Positions 57,982 to 64,000 of a stretch of 64,000 bases of DNA are shown here, piece by piece (the stretch's first letter is position 1; every line of letters begins with the position of its first letter). Source of the DNA: Candidatus Altimarinota bacterium (GTDB lineage: Bacteria; Patescibacteriota; Gracilibacteria; UBA1369); NCBI GenBank assembly GCA_963677745.1, contig OY782391.1:1-64000 (forward strand). Reading direction: 5' to 3'. A program made the translations under genes and the position numbers. The notes under the pieces were generated by a model. That model searched no databases and was not told the origin of the DNA. It saw only the letters and a program-made list of their open reading frames with translations.

Positions 57982-58266
57982 ATGGCAAAACACAAATTCG
58001 AAAAGGGCAATCCAGGTGGACCGGGGAGACCGAAAGGCTCCCTGTCCCTGGTGTCGATGTTAAAAGAAAGGCTTGAAAAAATCCCGGAAGGAAAAAAGAA
58101 AACCTACGCCGAACTTTTTATCGACAAGGTGCTTAAGAAATCCATAGACGACGAAGATGTCCAGGCAATGAGGGACGTTTTGAATCGCGTTGATGGTTTA
58201 CCCAAACAACCTTTGGACGTAGGCGGCGAGGTTAAGTTTATTGTCGAGCTGCATGATCGAGATTAA
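57982..58266 (+). CDS. Terminase small subunit (DUF5681-like)
   Basis: FEKGNPGGPGRPKGS N-terminus; RVDGLPKQ; directly before TerL. Confidence 0.75.
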   Translation: MAKHKFEKGNPGGPGRPKGSLSLVSMLKERLEKIPEGKKKTYAELFIDKVLKKSIDDEDVQAMRDVLNRVDGLPKQPLDVGGEVKFIVELHDRD

Positions 58267-59530
58267 ATTACCTTACAATTTGGATCTGGCTTCCCGACCA
58301 TTTCAGGGCGAGATTTTACGGGATCCGAGGAAAAACAAAGTCCTTATCATTCCGCGACGTCACGGCAAAACAACCCTTGCCATCGCAAAACTGGTCATGG
58401 AGGCAATCATAAACCCGAACAAGATTTATCATTATGTTTTCCCTTTCTACAAACAGGCAAAACAGGCCGTTTGGATCGCCCCGGACATGATTAATAAGCT
58501 GGTCCCGATGGAAGCCGTGTCACAAAAACACCAGGTCGATTTGATTATTTATTTTCATAACGGATCCCAGATTCACGTCAAAGGAGCTGATAACCCGGAT
58601 TCCCTGCGCTCTTTGGATTGTCACGGAGTTATCTTTGACGAGCCGGCCCAGATTAAACCCTCCATTTTCGACGAGATTTATTATCCAATCCTTGCCGCTA
58701 ATGGGGGGTGGAGCTGGTACGTTGGGACACCGAAAGGCAAAAATGCTTTTTATCAGAAATACATCACTTGCCGGAAAGACGAAAAGAATTGGCAAGTTGT
58801 CCACCTCAAAGCTTCAACTGCCGGGCTGTTTACCAAGGAGAATCTGGACAAAATCCGCTCCGAAATGACCCAGAAAGCGTTTGCACAAGAAATGGAATGC
58901 GAGTTTTTGGACGAATGCGGATCCCTGTTTCACCGGGTCCGGGAGAACGTCGGAGATACACTTGCAAGCCCGGAGCCGAACAAACAATATCTGATGGGGG
59001 TTGATCTGGCGAAATACTCAGATTTTACCGACATCACGATCCTTGACCGGCATAGTCACGAGGTTGTTCACCGGGACAGTTTCAACCAAATCGACTGGAA
59101 TTTGCAGAAAGCAAAAATCGAAAGTCTGGCCCGGAGATACAATAACGCAAAAATTCGCATCGATTCAACCGGGGTGGGGGATCCGATCACCGAAGATTTA
59201 ACCCGGGCTGGTTTGATCGTCGAGCCGTACAAATTCAACGCCACCAGCAAAAAGCAATTGCTGGAAAATCTGGTCATCATTTTGGAGGAATCAAAGGTCA
59301 AGATACCCAATGACCCCAATTTAATTGACCAATTAGAGGCCTACGAGGCATCAGTTAATGAAAGGACAGGGTCGGTCAGTTATAACGCGCCTGAGGGGCT
59401 CCACGACGACGCTGTTATCTCCCTGGCGTTAGCCTGTTGGAATCTTGGCCTTAAAATGACGATCGGAGCCGAGGGCAAGAAGTTTAATTTTTCTGTCAGT
59501 TACGACAAATTCGGCAGACCATCAATTTAA
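58253..59530 (+). CDS. Terminase large subunit
   Basis: PRRHGKT (Walker A), VIFDE (Walker B), GTPKG, MGVDLAKYSDFT, IDSTGVG, HDDAVISLALA. Confidence 0.93.
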   Translation: MIEIKLPYNLDLASRPFQGEILRDPRKNKVLIIPRRHGKTTLAIAKLVMEAIINPNKIYHYVFPFYKQAKQAVWIAPDMINKLVPMEAVSQKHQVDLIIYFHNGSQIHVKGADNPDSLRSLDCHGVIFDEPAQIKPSIFDEIYYPILAANGGWSWYVGTPKGKNAFYQKYITCRKDEKNWQVVHLKASTAGLFTKENLDKIRSEMTQKAFAQEMECEFLDECGSLFHRVRENVGDTLASPEPNKQYLMGVDLAKYSDFTDITILDRHSHEVVHRDSFNQIDWNLQKAKIESLARRYNNAKIRIDSTGVGDPITEDLTRAGLIVEPYKFNATSKKQLLENLVIILEESKVKIPNDPNLIDQLEAYEASVNERTGSVSYNAPEGLHDDAVISLALACWNLGLKMTIGAEGKKFNFSVSYDKFGRPSI

Positions 59531-59931
59531 CGTACATCGTCGCAATATTCCTGGTCCTGTTGGACTTGGTTTCGGATAAAATAATAAACCCCGTCTCGAT
59601 TTTCAAAACACCCGTAGGCTTCAAGGATTGTCAGATCGGAAAGATTACTGGCGCACGTTTTATCGACGGCGTCCTGGCTTTTCCAAACAGGTGATGGGCC
59701 GATGTAAACGGGGACTGTTTCAAAAGTGATTGGGTTGATTTCGGCAAACGCTGAAAAACAATTAAAAAGGGTGTCGGCTGAAACTTCCGATACTTTTTTC
59801 AGGCATTCGGGAAACCTTGAGCTGATTTTTTCCATGGGTTTTTGTTCCGGGGGACGGGGCGTTTCGACTGGTGGGGTGCTGCAACCGACCAAAGCAAAAG
59901 CGAGCCCAATCATCAATAAATACATTTTCAT
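59527..59931 (-). CDS. Phage-encoded lipoprotein (moron-like)
   Basis: MKMYLLMIGLAFALVG-C lipobox, Pro-rich linker, several further Cys; opposite strand to the flanking genes. Confidence 0.7.
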   Translation of the reverse strand: MKMYLLMIGLAFALVGCSTPPVETPRPPEQKPMEKISSRFPECLKKVSEVSADTLFNCFSAFAEINPITFETVPVYIGPSPVWKSQDAVDKTCASNLSDLTILEAYGCFENRDGVYYFIRNQVQQDQEYCDDVR

Positions 59932-59985
59932 GTTTTTAAATTATTTGTTGACGGAGGCATAATACATGAATGGTGGCCAAATAGC

Positions 59986-60013
59986 TTGACATTCGACTTT
60001 CTACGAGTATCTT
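59986..60013 (+). promoter_or_regulatory. Promoter upstream of the portal gene
   Basis: TTGACA-16 nt-TATCTT. Confidence 0.45.
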
Positions 60014-60046
60014 GCGGAATTGGCGCAGGGTTAAGCATTAGGAAAA

Positions 60047-61936
60047 ATGCCCAACCCATCAAAAGATTTACAGAATCGGATTGTCTCCGAATTACTGGAA
60101 ACCTACAAAAACTATCAGGACTTGAATAAGACCCGAAATTCAAGGCTTTTGGAAATTTACAAGGCTTTTTCTACGTACAAAGAGGAAAGAAAGGCTGATT
60201 ATATGACCGATATTAAGGTCAACAAGGCCCACGAGGTCGTCGAAAGAGTGCTGCCCCGGATCATCGCCAAAAACCCCAGGTGGATTGTCACCCCAAAAAC
60301 AAATGACTTCTACCCCGAGCAAGCGTTACCGGCTTATAGTCCAGCGGATCCGGCCAGTATAGAGGCTTACAACAAAGCTCAGGCAGATAAACGCCAGAAA
60401 ACGACAGATTACAGCCGGGCAATTCAGGATTATTTGTCGTATATCTTCGACGAATACCATTTTGAGGACGCCATCAGGGGATTCGCCAAGCCGGGGATTA
60501 TTTATGGGAAGGCCCGGGCGAAAGTGGGTTACAAATACGAAACAATCAGAAATTTTGTTGAAATTGAGACTGAGGACGGCGAAACAAAGCGCGAAATTAA
60601 GGAGGACGTAACGGGAGAATATCCGTTTATTGACGTCAAGAGCTGGACCGAAACCCTGTCCGACCCAAGATTTAAAAACGTCCAGGATTCGCCGGCCGAA
60701 TTCGAAATTATCAACGGCGTGAGGCTGTCCGAACTGCGCAGAAAGAAAAAGGAATATTTCAACCTGGATAAATTAAAAGACGTCTGCGATCTGAAAGTAA
60801 TTAACGACGATCTGGATAAATACAAACAGCAAGTTATGACCACGGCCGGCATTTCAACAGTCGGCATTTCCAATCCAATTGATAAAAACGGCCTTTCGGT
60901 CCTCAAGGCTTACACGTTATTTGACGAAAAGGACGACGGCAACGACAGACTATTTGAGGCGACCATAATCCCGGATCTGCAAATTTTGATCGGGTGGAAA
61001 GAAATTACAAAAAAGCCGTTTGTCGATTTCAGGGTTTTCGAGGACATTGAGACAAACTTTGATATTGGCTTTGTTGAGCCGATAATTGGTTTGATGGACG
61101 AAATGTCTTTCCAGAAAAACGCTGCAATTAATTTCGTCAACCAGGCGTTAAACCGAACTTTTGTCTGGTCGCCAAACTCAAACATAGATCCCCGGGATCT
61201 GATTTCCAAACCTTACGGGGTTATCCCGACAACCGGCGACGTACAGACCGCCCTTATGAACTGTCAGGAATTACCGATGCGGCAGTTACCAAGCGATTAT
61301 TTCCAGCTCCAAAATGATATTGAACGTCAAATCCAGACCCAGACATTTACCGTTGATACTTCAAATCCGAAGTCACAACAGGCTTTGACCAATACCGCTA
61401 CCGGGGCCAGAATTGAATTTTTTGAATCCAACTCAGTATTGGATCAGGTGCGGAAAAACTTTGAATCCGCCCTGTCTCAGCTCGCTTATTTGCTGCTGCA
61501 AGAAGCTTTCGAAAACATGGGCGATAACATTGTGCTCAAAAAGCTTGGAGCCGAGGAATATTGGGAAATGAACAGGGAAGTTTTGCGAAATGCTGTCACC
61601 CGATACACGATCCAGGTTGAGGTTGGATCCTCAACTTACGATGACATCGCAAACCGCCGGGCCGATGCTATGGCCTTTTGGAATGTTTTATCACAAGCCA
61701 AGGACGCCGGGGAGCCGGTCAAGCTCCGATCCGCTGTTGAGGACATTGCCGCAACCTTTGAAAAGAAAGATTTGGCCAAGTATTACGACAATTCGGTCGA
61801 TATGGCCAAAATTGCAGATACTATGCCGGGAAACCCTGCGAAATTTAATAAGGCATCGATGCCTGAATTACCTCCAACCCCAGCCGAAATGACCCAAAAG
61901 GTCGCCGGTGGTGAGTTGTTAAGCGTTAATCAATGA
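60047..61936 (+). CDS. Phage portal protein (podovirus-like)
   Basis: 629 aa following TerL; IGFVEPI..L.DE..N, NTATG motif, YTIQVEVGSST. Confidence 0.8.
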   Translation: MPNPSKDLQNRIVSELLETYKNYQDLNKTRNSRLLEIYKAFSTYKEERKADYMTDIKVNKAHEVVERVLPRIIAKNPRWIVTPKTNDFYPEQALPAYSPADPASIEAYNKAQADKRQKTTDYSRAIQDYLSYIFDEYHFEDAIRGFAKPGIIYGKARAKVGYKYETIRNFVEIETEDGETKREIKEDVTGEYPFIDVKSWTETLSDPRFKNVQDSPAEFEIINGVRLSELRRKKKEYFNLDKLKDVCDLKVINDDLDKYKQQVMTTAGISTVGISNPIDKNGLSVLKAYTLFDEKDDGNDRLFEATIIPDLQILIGWKEITKKPFVDFRVFEDIETNFDIGFVEPIIGLMDEMSFQKNAAINFVNQALNRTFVWSPNSNIDPRDLISKPYGVIPTTGDVQTALMNCQELPMRQLPSDYFQLQNDIERQIQTQTFTVDTSNPKSQQALTNTATGARIEFFESNSVLDQVRKNFESALSQLAYLLLQEAFENMGDNIVLKKLGAEEYWEMNREVLRNAVTRYTIQVEVGSSTYDDIANRRADAMAFWNVLSQAKDAGEPVKLRSAVEDIAATFEKKDLAKYYDNSVDMAKIADTMPGNPAKFNKASMPELPPTPAEMTQKVAGGELLSVNQ

Positions 61937-62208
61937 GTATTTTTGAATATTTAAAGGACAGGAACAGTCAAAAGACGTTTGAGGAAACTCAGTCCCAGGC
62001 TGAAAAGATGTTTACCTCCCAAAAGGAGGCGATCAAGGCAATCGCGGATTCTACCGGTTACGCCGAGATCCGGGCTTTCTGGGAAAGGGAAAAGGACGCT
62101 GCAATTCAAAGATTTTCAACCGCTGCCGTTGATGATCCGACCGCCCGGGCGATGTTTACGCTGGCAGACAGATTTTTGAAATTTCTGGACGTGCGCATTA
62201 AAGGCTGA
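61933..62208 (+). CDS. Small phage head-module protein
   Basis: ATGA overlap with the portal stop; lies between portal and scaffold. Confidence 0.6.
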   Translation: MSIFEYLKDRNSQKTFEETQSQAEKMFTSQKEAIKAIADSTGYAEIRAFWEREKDAAIQRFSTAAVDDPTARAMFTLADRFLKFLDVRIKG

Positions 62209-62306
62209 CGCTTGGTGGGGACAGGTTTTTATCCTAAACCTGCGCCTATCCTCCCCACCAGGCATGAGCCCTTAAAAGCTCCGATACTAAATAACCCACA
62301 AAAAGA

Positions 62307-62969
62307 ATGGCAGACACAAGTCAGTCTCCCGTTGCTGGGGAACAACCCGATAGGGATTCCACCACCAAGGCAACAGGGAAAGACCAAGACGAAAGTCAGG
62401 CGGAAACCAACGCTAAAAACATGGTAGAGATCGACGGCGAAAAAGTCTCCCTGGACCAGGTAAAAGAATGGAAAAAGGGACACATGATGGAAGCCGACTA
62501 TCGCAGAAAGACCCAAGAACTAGCCGAAGCGAAAAGGGAAATTGCCCGAGCCAAACAGGCCGGGGAAACCTCCCCAAGAGCCAAGGAAATGGATCCAGAG
62601 GTCAAGAAAGCAATAGAGATTCTCAAGGAGGCAGGCATGGCCACGAAAGATGATCTGCTGGCAATGAAAATCCAGGAGGAGGACCAGAAAGCATTTAGAA
62701 AGCTTTTAAAGTCAAATCCTGAATTAATCCCCCATAAAAAAGCCCTACAACAAATCGGGCTTACCGATAACCGGGCATGGGAGGACATCGCCAAAGATTA
62801 TGGATTCCTCAAAGATTCCAAACTGGAAAAAGCCAAAGCCGCAAAGCCGATTACTGGGGCAAGAATGGTCCCGGGTTCAGAAACCAAAGCGGTGGACATC
62901 GCAAAGATGACGCCCAAGGAATACGAATCCTGGAAAAAACAAAATTTAGGAGCGCGAAAGTGGCAATAA
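62307..62969 (+). CDS. Capsid scaffolding protein
   Basis: Disordered N-terminus, VEIDGEKVSLDQV..EADYRRKTQELA, C-terminal KMTPKEYESWKK; precedes the capsid gene. Confidence 0.75.
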   Translation: MADTSQSPVAGEQPDRDSTTKATGKDQDESQAETNAKNMVEIDGEKVSLDQVKEWKKGHMMEADYRRKTQELAEAKREIARAKQAGETSPRAKEMDPEVKKAIEILKEAGMATKDDLLAMKIQEEDQKAFRKLLKSNPELIPHKKALQQIGLTDNRAWEDIAKDYGFLKDSKLEKAKAAKPITGARMVPGSETKAVDIAKMTPKEYESWKKQNLGARKWQ

Positions 62970-63020
62970 ACAGGCGAAAACTTAGGATAAAGATTTACTA
63001 AATAATTTTTATCTTACAAT

Positions 63021-64000
63021 ATGGCTAATACGCTATCTGATGGCTTCAAGACAGTCTGGGCCAAGGAATATGAAACAATATTCTACAAGCTGAACGTCGC
63101 AAAACAAGTTTGTGATATGAGCTTCAAACCAGATCTCGCAAAAGGAAACACCCTGAAAAGAGTTTACCGCTCCGATCAGTCCGGCAATCTCCAAACTTAC
63201 GTTCGGGGAACTGCAATCACAATCAATGATGTTACCGATACCGCCGAATCCCTCACAATTTCCGCTCAGTTCGCTGATGGAATTTACAGAGACGATTTCG
63301 ACGCTATCCAGGACAACTACGATTTCGCCGCTTCTTATGGTAAGGACATCGCTACCTATTGCTCAAACCAGCTCGATGCTGACGTTTTGGGCGACTGGGA
63401 TCAGGCGACTTCTACTGTTGATGATGGCTCAATCGGTGGTACGTCCGGCAATGGTATCACCCTGACAACTTCCAATGTTCTCAAGGTGGTCGCTGCTGCA
63501 AAAAAGAAACTCAAGAAACAAAATGTCCCTGCCACCGAATTATTCGGTGTAATTTCGCCAGAATTTGAACAGGTACTTATCGAATATGGTGCTGGCCGCG
63601 ACACCAAGATGGGCGACGATGCAAACGAAGGGGGTAAAATCCTGAAATTTTACGATTTCGATTTGTATGTCTCCAATATGCTCGGCACTTCTGCCGTGCT
63701 GCAAATGGCTTCCGATCCCGGAGCCGGTGAAACCGTTGTCATCAATGGCGTTACCTTTACTGCTGCCAATCCTATTGGTGCTGTTGCCGGTAACTTCCTT
63801 GTTGGTACGTCTGCCGACGCTTCGCGTTTGGCCCTCGCAACCTTGATAAATGCTCCTGGAACTACAACCGCCGGTGGTGTTGCCGTTTCCGCTGCAAATC
63901 AAAGAAAGCTCCGCAATTGCAAAGCTACTGACGATGCTGCTTTGAACACCATGACCCTTGATTACAAAGGCTTGGGCGTTCTGACAGTATCGGAAACTTT
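63021..64000 (+). CDS. Major capsid protein (P22-coat-like), truncated by the window end; absent from the ORF track
   Basis: Frame open from ATG 63021 to the end: MANTLSDGFKTVWAKEYETIFYKLNVAK..KGNTLKR..NQLDADVLG..LKKQNVP..GVISPE..FDLYVSN. Confidence 0.85.
   Translation, partial: MANTLSDGFKTVWAKEYETIFYKLNVAKQVCDMSFKPDLAKGNTLKRVYRSDQSGNLQTYVRGTAITINDVTDTAESLTISAQFADGIYRDDFDAIQDNYDFAASYGKDIATYCSNQLDADVLGDWDQATSTVDDGSIGGTSGNGITLTTSNVLKVVAAAKKKLKKQNVPATELFGVISPEFEQVLIEYGAGRDTKMGDDANEGGKILKFYDFDLYVSNMLGTSAVLQMASDPGAGETVVINGVTFTAANPIGAVAGNFLVGTSADASRLALATLINAPGTTTAGGVAVSAANQRKLRNCKATDDAALNTMTLDYKGLGVLTVSET

Larger units (their letters stand above)
55800..64000 (+). mobile_element. Prophage (podovirus/P22-like head module), continuing beyond the window
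   Basis: Replication initiator, TerS, TerL, portal, scaffold and major capsid in canonical order; left boundary approximate. Confidence 0.88.

Noticed and set aside
56138-64000. Alternative genetic code (stop-codon recoding) in phage or host
   Set aside because: Genes are full length under code 11, and TGA/TAG act as stops at expected gene ends.

Overview
Chromosomal segment of a Patescibacteria/CPR-type bacterium, probably Peregrinibacteria/Gracilibacteria-related. This is inferred from gene content, AT-rich starts lacking Shine-Dalgarno motifs and standard code 11 (TGA used as stop). Bases 1-55,750 hold housekeeping genes (aspS, glyS, tyrS, rlmN, queA, rpsB, tsf, murC, der, uvrC, rmuC, tsaC, obg, pth, rplU, RluA-family synthase, recG, 4 tRNAs). 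Unusual modules are mixed among them: (i) a 7TM protein coupled to one polypeptide fusing an ATP-grasp peptide ligase, a catalytically dead retropepsin-like domain and an HExxxH/QEGLA (DUF1704/MATCAP-like) metallopeptidase, a candidate peptide-tag writer-eraser; (ii) a LexA-HTH/UmuD-like hybrid plus Y-family polymerase with a GAAC-N4-GTTC box inside its promoter; (iii) two paralogous sigma70-region-4/HARE-HTH proteins; (iv) two VirB4/TraD-like ATPases; (v) a split RsbU/STAS/RsbW/PrsW partner-switching set; (vi) a CarS-like plus CDP-alcohol phosphatidyltransferase pair; (vii) apparent pseudo-enzymes and a frameshifted GT2. From about 55,800 to the end lies a very compact prophage (structured non-coding left end, replication initiator with four 22-bp iterons, TerS, TerL, antisense lipoprotein, portal, scaffold, major capsid) with no integrase or repressor visible at this end. 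All calls come from reading motifs by eye; no database searches were run.
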